Shown piece by piece: positions 29,401-44,400 of a stretch of DNA of 64,000 nt. This DNA comes from Mytilus edulis. Taxonomy: Eukaryota. The notes beneath the pieces were generated by a model, which was not told the origin of the DNA, searched no databases, and worked only from the letters and a program-made list of their open reading frames with translations. Positions within the stretch are counted from its first letter, which is position 1. Each line of letters begins with the position of its first letter. The stretch spans positions 28,458,001 through 28,522,000 of the forward strand of contig NC_092357.1 in assembly GCF_963676685.1 (NCBI RefSeq), given 5' to 3'. A program made the position numbers and the translations under genes.

Positions 29401-32400
29401 AAAGTCCAGGAATATTGCCAAATTCTTGGACATGTTCTGACCATTTAATACCAGATTGATATATAGTTCTTTGAGAAATTTGAGCCCTTTTGTACATACA
29501 AATATATTATAACTTGTATTGATCCCTCATAAAACATGTAAAAGGGATATTAATAACATTAAGGCGTTGCCCCAAACTTATTATGACTTGGATGGAGAAT
29601 TGTCTCAATGTCAGTCACACATACATAGGCCAGATTTAATTATTTCTTGGTGAACAGGGAAAAATTACTTCAGAAATTAAAGAAATGTCAAACCACAAGT
29701 GATAAATAAAGTTTTAATATTGTCAAAACCTACTATTTATGTTTTATAAAAATATATAATCGGTCATCTTTACTTTTCACGCTTCGCCTCAAAAATTTGC
29801 AAATTATATATTTTTTTATTAAAATGTTCAAATCGCTTGCTTGCCCAAAATCCGTAGAACAAGAAATTAAATTGGTGTGGCCCAAGAATTAATTTTGGAA
29901 ATAGACACAGATTTAAAATAGTTCAAAAGTTCTATAGAATTTATAAGCCATAACATTAATATATATTATCGAACAAAATTTTATCACGGTCGAAACATTA
30001 TCGTACAATGCACAATGAACATTGAATGTTGTCATCCGGGTGTCTTCATTATTGGGGAGGTTCGTCACAGGGAAACTAGGAAATCGAAGTCAGGATGTAA
30101 ATATCTTACTACGCGATTTGTATAATACCATTCGAGTTACAAAGTAAGTTCAAAGCGATATATATTCGGCGTGTCCTTAAGATTAGTTAACATGTTTATA
30201 AAGTGTTTTAGGAAATAAAATAGCTCATTACTGTCCGATTGTACAATTTAACATCTGGCTAATTAATTATCCTGAAAAGCCATATTGTATGAACAAATAT
30301 AGTTTGATTGCATATCGATCAGCTAAAATTAATTAGGCAAACCGGTTTTGACAGTTTTAATGTTATGGCTTATAAATTCTATAGAACTTTTGAACTATTT
30401 TAACTATGCCATTGTTTACTATTCTAACCAATACGGAAATATTGACGCTTATTTAAACGATTTCAAATTATGTTGTTTAAAACTATTTCTTCACGTTTAT
30501 GTATACTATGTAGTTAGGGTCAAACTACTCATTATTTAACATACTTGAAATAAAGCTATAAGCACTTTAATTTGGTCCTTTTATTGTTAATGGTGATGAA
30601 GTCATTACCAACGTTGCTAATTTTACGTTTTTGTTCTCTTCGAAAATACTTTTTATGTTTTATTTGGTGTTGTCATAGTTGAGTATTAAATGATCAATTC
30701 CAAATTTTAGATAAATCCCATGATAAATAAACAAAGCTATCAGTATTTACATGATAATCCTGTCATTTGTTTAGTCATTTAGTTACTTACCATGCAGTAG
30801 TATCGTACTTATTATTAAAACATAGAGGGCGTGCATAGTTTGACGTTGATGAATGGCACATGTAAGAGATAAAACCAATGTTATTGGATTTCTCAACTGA
30901 CAATTTTAGGCAGACATTTGTATATCAGTAATGGATAGTTTGACGATAGGTGAATGGAACTTTATTAAGGCGTAATTACTAGAAGAATAGGTTACATGTG
31001 TAGTATGCTAGAATTTCCTAATATTTGTTATCAGAAAGTTTGAAAACACTGATATACATTTCTTAGCACATAGGGTAAGATGACTTTAATATAAGTCCTC
31101 TATTCAAATTCGTTAAAAATACAATGTATAAACATGGAAAATGGCCATGGGACTAAATTTAGTATATACGCAGTAATGGATAGTTTGACGACGATAGGTG
31201 AATGGAACTTTATTAAGGCGTAATTACTAGAAGAATAAGTTACATGTGTAGTATGCTAGAAATTCCTAATATTTGTTTTCAGAAAGGTTGAAAACACTGA
31301 TATACATTTCTTAGCACATAGGGTAAGATGACTTTAATATAAGTCCTCTATTCAAATTCGTTAAAACTACAATGTATAAACATGGAAAATGGCCATGTGA
31401 CTAAATTTAGTATATACGCTATAAAAGACTCATCAGTGACGCTCGAATCCAAAAAAGTTTAAAAAGCCAATAAAAGTACGAAGAGCATTGAGGACCAAAA
31501 TTCCTAAAAGATTTTGCAAATACAGCTAGGGTAATCTATGCCTGAGGTAGAAAAAAGCCTTAGTTTTTCAAAAAATTAAAAAAATTGATAACAGTAAATT
31601 AATAAATATAACCATACCAATGACAATTCATGTCAGCACAAAAAGTGCTGACTACTAGGCTTGTGATACCCTCGAGGAAAAAAATCTCAACAAACAGTTG
31701 CATCGACCCAGTGGTTGTAAATAAACTCATCATAGATACCAGGACTAATATAGTGTAAAAGAAATTTAGGGTATATGCAGTAATTTCTTTTGTAATAATA
31801 TTCTGATAAATAAGTATAAAATTGAGAATGGAAATGGGGAATGTGTCAAAGAGACAACAACCCGACCATAGAAAAAACAACAGCAGGAGGTCACCAACAG
31901 GTCTTCCTTGCAACGAAAAATTCCCACACCTGGGGAATGACTGTTAATTTTCTATTTTTCAATACTTGTCTGTTTTAATAAATGCTAACATAGGTTTAAA
32001 AATGCAGCTTTTTCCATAACTCGTCTCTTTTGGTCAGACAGATGTTGATCATAGATATATTATCTAGGTTACGTACTGCTTTAAGGAAATGACCTCTATA
32101 TTTCATATCATAGATTTAATAGAAAATTTCACCAGTAATAATACCTATGGACAGCTGTTCAATTGAATTCTGAGAAAGACCTAAACTGAAAAACGGGATA
32201 CGTAGTAATACAAAATATTAGTGAAGGTTTAAACTCTTTGAAGTCTGCGGCATATACAAGTTGAATATGTGACACACAGCCATAATTTGACCAATGAAAT
32301 ATTAGTAGCGCATATTAATTTTCCATTATAGGATTTGATTTTTAGAGACACTTTGAAGTAAAATTTGCATAGTTTTAGCCGTAGAATGAGTTCATATGGA

Positions 32401-35400
32401 AACTGAAATGCCTGTATTCACATAGTTATTTAGCATGAAATGTCATAGATTGACATGTGATTGAACAGTCTTAATTGTGATATTACCCACTTACCCTATC
32501 TTGAATGTTGAGATCAATACCACCCTTAATAAGCAGCATAGCGAATTCTTTAAGCTCTTTCAATGCAGCGTAATGAATAGCAGTATTACCATTCTGTATA
32601 GATAAAACATACGTATTGTTCAGAAAGATTTTGATAATGAAAGAAAGTTGAAAAAGATGAAAGATATATAAAAACTCATATTTTGAAAATAAACATAGAA
32701 TGCCATGACAAAAACAAAAACAAAAATGAAATCAGTGCTCAAAACACATTATACATGTAGAAGACTACAAATAGAGCAAAATGAGTCATACTAAAATCAG
32801 TGGTGACTTGATGTGCTCCTGAAGGGTAGGCCGATCCTGTTCTATTTGTGGCACCTGTCATTTTGATAATGTAAGTATGATAAACTCCTAAAACCACGCT
32901 TAGCATTTTTTGGAATTGATTCCAGTTTCGACCACAGAAGACTCATCATTGATATTCAAGACGAAGTTGAAGAGCATGTGAAAAATATTGAAAGGAACAC
33001 AAACAGGCGTTGATTTTTTTTTTAAATCGCTAGCTCGTTATTGAGGAGAGGAGGAAATAAATGTGATTAAAACAATCAAACAAAACTAATCAGCTATTGT
33101 TCAAATAAAAAAAACCTTTTCTAGATTGAATATTAAAGACTAGAGAATGGGAGAGAGGAATGTGTTAGAGAGACAACAACCCGACCAAAGAACAGAACAT
33201 TAACAGGAACACAAGTTAGACTTTACTACAGGGAAATACTTTGCATCCAGAGTTGAATATAATAAGCACCGCTCTAAGTGTTGACATTTGAAAATAAATA
33301 GCAGTGCTAATGAAATAGGATACAATTTATATGAGACTTCATAGTATACATAACGCAGTTTTAGCCGTTAAAGGAATTCATAAAAGAACGTGCATTGTCT
33401 TCATTTACAGAAGTGCAATCAAGATGGAATGAAAAAGAGATTATATAGAATGGCACAAAAACTGGTTTATCTTCAAAGATTTCTATGGAAAAAAAAATGC
33501 ATGGTTTATCCGATAGGCATGTACACAAAGAAAATTCAAAGCATATGCACATGTGTAACTTAGATTGATAAAATGTGCCTATATTTTCTCCTTTCTGTCA
33601 TGAAAATCTATAAGTTCTAAATGATTACTCTTGGGTGTTTTTGTCCTGTTGAAAACCCATAAGAAAACCAAACTGCATTTTAATTTGACCGTGGCATAAA
33701 GATATAAGCTGCAGAAACCAATACAAATAAAAATAGAGCATTCCTTCTAAAAAAATTACTTAGTATTTCACTCTCATGAACAAATAATTTTTCAGCAAAT
33801 TTGAGACATCAGTGAGATATATAAGATTCATAAATATTTTGTTCAGAGACGTTCTGGTATCCATATACATCATATATGTTCTACGGTGTATTCATTATGA
33901 TTCGTTGAATATTACTACGAACGCGTGTGCAGGGATTTGGAAAAAAAGGAAACCAAATACCATCGACTGCAAGTTTTCCTTCATCCCTGAAAAATACCCA
34001 CGAACATAAATGAATCCACAGTATATATTCATGTCATATAGACATAGTTGAGGAATGTTATCAGTATAGAACACATGCAAATTTTCAAATTTGAAGAAGG
34101 GGTAGTGCAGAAATTTAGTGTATGTCTCAACACTTAAACTTTTAAAACATTAAACATGATTAAATATAAGAAAAAGATTGCTATGTGTGTTACATTTTAG
34201 TGTTATGTCGTTGTTATATTTAATTCCCTCGGTTTGAGTTTGTTACCCCGATTTAGTTTTTTGTGAGTTTTGAACAACGGTTTACTACTGTTGCCTTTAT
34301 TTATTCAGCACCTATTTACATTTTGACAATTGATAAAATAGTAGTGCGTGTAACTTTCCATTCCAGCATATTATTTTCTACAAAATTTCATTGTCAAAGT
34401 AAAACAGTAAACTTATGAGTTTGAATGTCCCTCTTGTACCTTTCCCTTCTCTATTTTAGCCGTAAGAGGAGTGATAAAGGAAACTTGCATTGTCTATATT
34501 CAAATGTGTGCAATATTCACAGTTGACGCAGTGATAATGAAGAGTGTCATGTCCTGTCAATATGGACAAATGCTTTGTCATTTTCAATTTTAGTTTATCA
34601 TCCACTTACGCGATCTTGAATGTTGAGATTAATTCCACCGTCAACAAGCAATTTGGCGAATTCTGTAAATTCTTTAGGTGCAACTTCGTGAAGTGAAAAT
34701 TTTTCTTTCTGTACAGATAAACCATTACAATGTGTACATATTATTGGATAATAATAAAAAATCAAAGATAGCAAATGTATATCATTTATATTGAAACTTT
34801 AATGTCGAAAACTAACTGACAACTTAAAGCCATTTAAAAAAAATTAAACACGAAGACAACAAAAACAGTGCAAAACCAAATGTAAAAGACACAAATAAAG
34901 CAATACAAACCTCGCAACAACAGTGCTACTCATATAAAAAAGCATATTCATTAGATCTTACTCCAAATGTGGCGCACGTTATTTTGCTTGTGTTAGTACC
35001 ATATACTTTATATATTCTAGGATTCGTGTTTTTTAGGCAAGAAAAGAAAACGAAAGAATCGATCATCAGTGATACCCAGATAAAAAAAAAAGAATTGCAA
35101 AACGTACGAAAAGAAAGAGCATTGATGACACAAAAATGAAATAGCTACATTTGTTTTTAATTTGGTATGTAATTTTACAAGAAAAGAGGTCGGGACTGTG
35201 AATACACGTTTCGAACATATATGTTTTTGTCAGATGGATATTCGATAACGGTCAACAAACTCTTGGTGTTGTCTGTGAAATATTCTAAAGGGAAGATAAA
35301 GGCAAATAAATTCAAATTATGAATAACAAATCAATACGGTAGCCTATCAAAGTATACAACCTTTTAGTCTGTAATTGCAACAGCAATTGCAATGTATGTA

Positions 35401-38400
35401 AGCATTAATTTTTGGCGTCTAGCATCACTGAAGGTTGCATATCAATAGCGGCCTAATCAAATTATGGTAAAGATGTAAAATATAGTTTGGTGTAGATATT
35501 TTGTCATTGTTTGTTCAGTTTACGTATTGATTTCAAGATGTAATCTTTATGTTCATCGCAAAGCTATAAGGGTAAATATTTCAAATAATAATACAAATTT
35601 ACAGATGTCCAAATGAATTCGATTCTAGGTTTTTTTTACGAAACACATTGCGAAATGGCAAAGTTTCAACTCTAAAGCAATTCCTATGAAAATTGAACTG
35701 TCTATATTTGCGGATGTTCAACCTATAGAAATATCAAATTTGAAACGATTCCATTTGATGCAATGATTGTTGTTTGTTTCATGTCATGAAACAGATTGAT
35801 CAACTATAATTAAGCATCCACTTACCTGTTCTTCTATATTGAAATCAGTAAGTAAATAGAAGAATTCAGATGCAGCATGGACAAGTGCAGTACTTCCTTT
35901 CTGTACATATACAAAATAATAATGTTAACACTGTTTCTAACATTTGTCTAATGATAAAAGAATAGTGAAATACATAAAAGGTTCTACAAAGGGATATACA
36001 AACTCATTTTACAAAACGACATACGATTAAAATATAGTGAACAAAACAACATAGAAGACTGTGTAATAAGAACCTCACCAAATTGCACATGTTTTTTTGG
36101 TCATGTTATTACTATTAACTCATCTTATAAACCACGGTTCACTCCAGATGCAAGCTTGGTTAACAACATACTCATCACTTATGATCCGTTATTTAAAAGT
36201 ACGAAGATAAAAGTATTGATGAAATAAAATTCAACAACACATAAAAACAAAACAAACCCCGTGATACCCAAAATTGAGTAGATCATATAACACTGCACTG
36301 TTTATTATCATCACATAGTACAGTTTTGCTGGTATGAGATATTTAGAATCTTAATCCTGTAAACGATTGTATATCAATTACGACTACAAGACAAAACATT
36401 CAGTACTTAAGATGATTTGACATGTATAAATACTGTAATATGCCAAAAAAGAAATAACCCGAAATTATGACATAGTTTTAAAAGAAATTGAAGTATATAC
36501 AAACCTTCCATACACTATGTAACTTTTTAAAAGTTTCACAGTTTTAATCATAAAACCATTTCTACCTCTAACTGTCTTTATTAACAGCAATGCGGTCTGA
36601 TGAAATAGTCATTTTCAAAATTTACAGTTGAATCAGATTCAGTAATATTAGTATATATCATGTCATGTTATGTCAAAGGCCGCGGACATATGGTTTAATA
36701 TTCTTAATTGTGATTTATCTTTCACTTACCGTATCTTGGATGTTGAGATCAATACCACCCTTAATTAGCAACTTAGTGAATTCTTTAAGCTCGTTCAATA
36801 GAGTTTTGGAAGGTACAGATCTGTCTTTCTGATAAAAGATAACAATGTTAACATAGTTTTTAACAATAAAAGAAATATGAAAAATAGAAAAGGAATATTT
36901 ATGTCGAAAACAAAATAAAACAAACAAAAATAGCTGCTGATCTGATAACACTTTGAAAGGTTAGCTTCGAATTTTTGTAATACTTTTAGCAATTTAAAAG
37001 TTTAAAATTAATTAATTTTATGGCCAAGAGGAAGATTGTGAAGTGATGCATTCATTTCCGTGAGATAAATTTCAATAATATATGACATACTAGACATTTT
37101 CTAGCATTTTATTGTGTATACTTAAATGATTTGATTTATCTACAATATACTTATATAATTATAATGTGTGAAATATGCCTGGAGGTAGTATCCTTCAATT
37201 ACACTTTCAAGTTAATTAACCGATCAAAAGAAACAGGCAAAAACTGTTCAGTCTTTATTAACAGCTAAGAAATATAAAGGTAAAAGTAAAAAAAAACCAA
37301 AGAGAACTCTCTCGGATATGTCAACAGATTATAATACTAGTATGGATTCATCAGGGATAATAAATTTAAAAAAAGACCAAGATGAAAGGAGTAATGGCTG
37401 ATTTTGGCCTCAAATTTCTAGCCTCACGGTCATAAAACCTTCGAGCATGATTTTTGTACTCAGACTCGAAAATCAACCAATCAAATTGCTGGATTTCATG
37501 TTTCGAGCATGATTTTTGTGCTTCGAGCACTGAGCAAAGTTTTATACCTTCAAGACCAGGTTCATCGAATGAAATATTCTGGAAACTTTTTCAACACTTT
37601 AGTGTCTATTTCAATTGATTCATTTCGTTTATGTGAAAGTTTTTAACTGATAAAGTCAATAAAAACGCCCTGAATCAAGCTTAACTATGAAAAATCTATC
37701 AAATATGCAAAAAAATCGTTACTTTTCAGATGTTTTCTGTCAAAAATAAAAGTGGCCGAAACCATGTTCATCCTCAACCTTTATATATGGTATGTTTTAT
37801 CATCAAATACAACTTACATTTAAATATTATGAATAACCACGAATGCGGCCACTTTCATTTAAGAGGAACACCGTCTAAAATTTAACTAAAATGCAAAAAT
37901 TGTGAAGATGTCAGTAATTTATCATGACTTAATGATAATAGTACACGATATATGTGCATTATATTGTCAAAAACAGCCAATATTCTTGAAGCAGAAGCAT
38001 TATATTTTCACAATTTTGTAAAACAGCTATATTTTGGAGCCGAAAAATGGCCCTACTGAACCTATTACTTTAGCCTCAGGGATGTTACAACAAAATATGA
38101 TCTGAATGAAGTAACAAAAGACCTTTTCAAAGCAGCTGACCTATAGAATATGGTTACTGGTATTGTGGGAAATTTTTAAGTTAATTTGAATCTATTTTAG
38201 ATAAAAAAGATGAACGAAAAATTGAATAAAATCCAAACAGAAATGCAAGAAAAGGTGGAGCCTTATCAATTGAAAATGAACATTTGAGAGAAAAGATAGA
38301 TCAAAATGAAGTCAAAACAATATCAATATATCAAATAGAAAAAAAATGTCTGAAACAACCGAAATTGCTAAAGTAACAAATATATGAAGTGATTACAATG

Positions 38401-41400
38401 AACAATACTCCAAAGAAAATATCATTAAGGTATTTAATTTTCTATGGAATGAGCAACACGATCTCCGTCAAAATTGTATACAAATGTTAAAATCTAGAAT
38501 CAAGACCATTAATCGTATGATGTTTTAATACTGGCGTAAGGAGGAGTATAATGAGAAAAAGTAAAGAACTAAGAAATAAAGTAAAATTTGTAGATAATGT
38601 TAAAAAAGACTAGAAGATGGTGGAAGCTTTGATCAAGCGTGGTATTAAAACTGGGGCATTTATGGCAGAACTGATAATGGTCTCGAAATGAAATATGGGT
38701 TGTATGATGACATCAACAAAAGACTGAGAAAAGGGAAGTAACTCTGACTTTTTAGAGTTTACGAAATAAACATCTGCTTTGTATATTTTGAAACTGCATC
38801 ATTTAAATCATTGTGTGCAGAAAACAGGAAGAATGCCTTTTGTCTTGATACTGTCTATAATTTTTTATCTTATAGTTTTATCACTTTTTCAAATTATTTT
38901 TTTTTCCCTTCATGTTTTTTTTTGTTGTTGGTTAAAAACAAGATACTTTCTCAGTACAATTAAACTATTTGATGAATATTGCTATTAATTTATTGTATTC
39001 TTCTGGACTTCACAAAAAAAAACTTTACTCATAATTGAATGGGTTCTGTAAAGATATTATCAGTTAACTGTCAAGGTCTAGGTGACATTGAAAAGATAAG
39101 CGATGTATTTAATTTTATTAAGTCTAAAAAATGCAACATCTATTGTATTCAAGATACACATTTCACGAATGAAAGTTAATTTTCATTTTTCTCCTCAAAC
39201 TTTAGAGGAGTTGCTGTAATGTTCAATAATAAATTTGAGTTAAGAGTATTAAACGAGAAGAACGATTTCAATGGTAATTATGTAGCATTATATATTGTTA
39301 CAGACAAGGATATAGTACTTCTATCATTGTACATATACGTATGGTCCTAATGCAGAGAATCCTAATTTTAACCATCTCATTATGTGTATTATAAAAGATT
39401 TTGAAAATGAAAATTTTATAATATGTGGTGATTTTAATCTTGTATTGTATCCCCCAATAGACTATTGTAATTATCTACATTTGATACATTGTAATGCTAG
39501 GGATAAAATTTTATAAAGCATAGGTTAGGAGCCTGACTGATCCTTTTAGTGAACTTTTTCCAGACTTTCGTAGATATACATGAAGGAAAAAGAAGCATTC
39601 TAAACAAGTTATGTTGGATTTATTTTTATTTTTACAGATAACATGTTAACAAATTTAGTAAATTGTACAATTGAACCTAGCTATTGCTCGGATCATTCTT
39701 TTGTGATTTTAGAGCTACAATTTAACCCATGTATAAACAATAAAGGACAGTAGAAATTCAATCATTCCTTATTAATTTTCAAAAGAAAATTGATTCATTA
39801 GAAACAAATTTAAAGAAAGAATCAATAAATCAATTAAAACATAAAAAAAAAATAGAAGTGGAGGATATAAGGAAAGACTTTATACTTCTGAGTTCTTTAA
39901 TAAAACAAAAATACAAGTAAACATATACCAAAAGTTGAAATAGAAGATGGAAGGATGAAAAACATAATCTAGAAGAGGAAATAATTATTATAGATGAGGC
40001 AGTTTCGGAGGACGCGTTTTTGAACAGACTATCGGCATTCCAATTTGAACAAATTGTGCCCCTCCCTTGCCGACTTGTTTCTTTAATATTATGAGGCTCA
40101 GTGCATACAGGAACCTCTTACGAAGAAAGATAAGAACTAAGCAATATCCTTTTACTCTATTTTCCGCTATATAGATGATGTTCTTTGACTAAATAATTCA
40201 AAATTTGGTGACTCTATCGAACGCACATATCCCATTGATCAAGAGATAAAGGATACAACAGATACAGTTAAGTCGGCCTCGTATCTTGATAAAGTAAGAA
40301 TCGATTGTACTATGACCACCTCGTGCCTCATATCCTTACTTACATCTAGAAATTTACAATGAGAGTCGATTAAAACCAAAACTTTACGACAAAAGAGAGG
40401 ATTTCAGCTTTTCAATTGTGAACTTTCCATTTCGAAGTAGCAACATTTAACAGCACCTGCATTTTATGTATACATCTCCCAATTGATACGATATTCCAGT
40501 GCTTGCATGTCCTATCATGATTTCTTGATAGAGGGTTGTTGCTCACAAGGAAGCTATTAAATTAAGAGTTCCAAATGGTGAAGTTGAAATCATCTCTTTG
40601 TAAATTTTATGGACGCCATACGCATTAGTTGACCGTTATGAAATAATCGTTTCACAAATGATATCGGATATGTGCCTTACGTCGTAACTACAATCCCCCT
40701 CCGTTTCATAAATGTAATCTACCGAATTAGACTATTTACCGGATTTGTTATCTCATAAGCAACACGACGGGTGCCACATGAAGAGCAGAATCTGCTTACC
40801 CTTCCGGAGCACCTGAGATCACCCCTAGTTTTTGGTGAGGTTCGTGTGGTTTATTCTTTAGTTTTCTTTGTTGTGTCATGTGTACTATTGTTTGCCTGTT
40901 TGTCCTATTCATTTTTAGCTTTGACGTTGTCAGTTTGTTTTCGATTTATGAGTTTGACTGTCCCTCTGGCATCTTGGGGATCCAATTCTCTTAGGCTGTT
41001 AGGAGTAAACATTGATATTGATCTTGATAAGATTTAAGACTTAAATTATACTGACAGGTATCTTCAGATAAAATCTTGAATTTAAGTGTCTTAAAGAAAC
41101 TTAACAGTTGTTGATAAAATATATGTGGCTAAAAATCTTATTCTTCCCGTACTGAATCGTTTCTTCTTTTCAACATTAAAAGACCCAAATGCTGATCATG
41201 TGTTAATGAGGAAAATTAGTGATGCTATGTGTCATTTTTTGTGGAACTCATCAGTTCATATGATTAAAAAAGAAGTGTTACTCATGGATTAAACGAATGG
41301 TGGTTTAAAGATGATTAATGTTAATCTATGTATGATAGCTTAAAAGTGTACATGGATAAAACAATTCTTTAGTTCTAACTTTAAATGGTTAAATATTTCA

Positions 41401-44400
41401 TTTACAGATATGGATAAATAAAAATTGTTCAAACTAGGTAAAAGTTACACAACAAACACTATTTAAAATGTCAAAAACCAATTTTGGATTTAAAGCATGA
41501 CAATGTTTTGCTATTAAAGATACAAATTCTACATGGAAACATTTTTTGCTAGTCCATTTTGGATGAATAAGAATATAAATAGCAACAAAAACATATAATT
41601 TATAAAAGTTGGTATTTGTATTGTTTTTGTAAATGGTGTGATTAGTAATAGTGGAAAGTTTCTCTCATATGGGGAAATAAAAGACATTTCTGGGAATATA
41701 ATGATGTATAAGAGTATCATTTCAGCATTAAATCAGACAAAAAAATCTGTTTTCAAGGGGAGCTACCTTGAATTGAGATCACAGAATATTTTATTCCCTC
41801 TTTTGTTCAAACCATTTCAAAAAGAAACTAGAGGCTCTAAAGAGCCTGTGTCGCTCACCTTGGTATATGTGAATTAAACAAAGGAAGCAGACAGTTCATG
41901 ACAAAATTGTGTTTAGGTGATTGTGATGTGTTTGTACATCTTACTTTACTGAATATTCTTGCTGCTTACAATTATCTCTATCTATAATGAGCTTGTCCGT
42001 GTAGTTTCAGTGGAAAATGTTAGTTAAAATTTACAAATTTTATGAAAATTGTTAAAAATTGATTATAAAGGACAATAACTTCTTAGGGGGTCAATTGACC
42101 ATTTTGGTCATTTTGAATTATTTTTTAGTCTTATATTGCTGTACATTATTGCTGTTTACAGTTTATCTTCTATCTATAATAATATTCAAGATAATAACCA
42201 AAAACAGCAAAATTTCCTTAAAATTACCAATTTAGGGGCAGCAACCTAACAACGAGTTGTCAGATTCATCTACAAATTTCAGGGCAGATAGATCTTGACC
42301 AGATGAACAATTTTACCCGTTGTCAGATTTGCTCTAAATGCTTTGGTTTTTGAGTTGTAACCAAAAACTGCATTTAACCTCCATGTTCTATTTTTAGCCA
42401 TGGCAGCCATCTTGGTTGGTTGGTCGGGTAAAAAAACACAATTTTTAAACTAGATACATCAATGATGATTGTGGCCAAGTTTGGATTAATTTGGCCCGGT
42501 AGTTTCAGAGAAGTAGATTTTTTGTAAAAGATCATGGAGATTTTCGAAAAAAGGTTAAAAATTGACTATAAAGTGCAATATCTTCTTGGGGGGTCAATTG
42601 ACCATTTTGGTCCTGTTGACTTATTTGTAAATCTTAGTTTGCTGAACATTATTGCTGTTTACAGTTTATCTCCATCTATAATAATATTCAAGATAATAAC
42701 CAAAAACAGTAGAATTTCCTTAAAGTTACCAATTTAGGGGCAGCAACCCAACAATGGGTTGTCTGATTGATCTAAAAATTTCAGGGCAGATAGATCTTGA
42801 CCAGATAAACAATTTAACCCCCATGTCAGATTTGCTCTAAATGCTTTGGTTTTTGAGTTAGAAGCCAAAAACTGCATTTTACCCCTATGTTCTATTTTTA
42901 GCCATGGCGGCCATCTTGGTTGGTTGGCCAGGTAACGAAACACAAATTTTAAACTAGATACATCAATGATGATTGTGGCCAAGTTTGGTTTAATTTGGTC
43001 AAGTAGTTTCAGAGGAGAAGATTTTTGTAAAAGTTAACGACGACGGACGCAGGACGACGGACGACGGACGCCGGACGCCAAGTGATGAGAAAAGCTAACT
43101 TGGCCTTTTGGCCAGGTGAGCTTAAAAGGACATAAAAGATATACATATTTGATGTTAACGGGAAGAATAAGTGTAATGTTTCTTAACACAAATATTTCTC
43201 AAGTGAGTCTATGTTCCCTATGAATATCAATATTCCAATCTTACAATTGAAATGATCAACATGTTCTGTCCTATGATAATTCATTAGTATACAAATTTCA
43301 TATGTTTCATGTACTTTTCAGTTGAAAAATGTCGACAACTGGTTTTTATTATGCGAAAAAAAAGTTTTTGAATGTGTCAAAGTAAGATGTTTATGAATTT
43401 TTGACATTGGCGCTACTGGCTTTATTTATTACTCTGAGATAAAAAACAAAATCTTCGTTTTTTTAAAATGACATATGTAAAGTATCATTCCTTCGAACAT
43501 CTAACTGGCAACAACACGGGTGTGTTGACCGTAATGGAATATTTAGTTGACATATTCAGTGGATCTTTCGAAATTGCTGTAATAACAATCCCGTCTCTTT
43601 TTCGGTATCGTGAACTATAAATTAATATATGTTCTACAAAAGTAAAGACATTAATAAAATATTCTCTAGTGCTAGCAACATCAGCTGACATGAATGTTTA
43701 TGATAATAAGAACAAAATGTTATTCGTACTGGTTTCCGTAGACACAAAAGCCTTAAAAACTAGCTGGTAAGAGCCGATTAATCATTTCAATTGTAAGATT
43801 GATATTCATAGGGAACATAGACTCACTTGAGAAATATTTGTGTTAAGAAACATTACACTTATTCTTCCCATTAACATCAAATATGTATATCTTTTATGTC
43901 CTTTTTAGCTCACCTGGCCAAAAGGCCAAGTTAGCTTTTCTCATCACTTGGCGTCCGGCGTCCGTCGTCATACCTAATGCCCAAAATTTTTAAGATCTTC
44001 ATGACTTATCTATAAACTTTATTTTCAAACTTATTTTCGTAAAAATCACTCAATATAGACCAGTTTTGCTCAAAATGTATAAGTTTTGTTTTTATCAATA
44101 GAACTTGCATTTCTTTTCTTTATTAGCTGTATTTGGCAATATTTTTGGAATTTTGGTCCTCAATGCTCTTCAATTTCGTACTTTATTTGGCCTTTTTATC
44201 TTTTTTGGATACGAGCGTCACTGAGGAGTCTTTTGTAGACAAAATGCGCGTCTGGCGAAACTGGCGAAACTAACGGAGCCACTGTTAGTTACAAGTCTCG
44301 TAAACATTATTCCGTAATATGGAAAGCTCATGTGTACTTCATTTAAAGTCAAAATACAAGGCTGAGTTTCACATTTTTAACATGAATCTGGCTCAAACTT

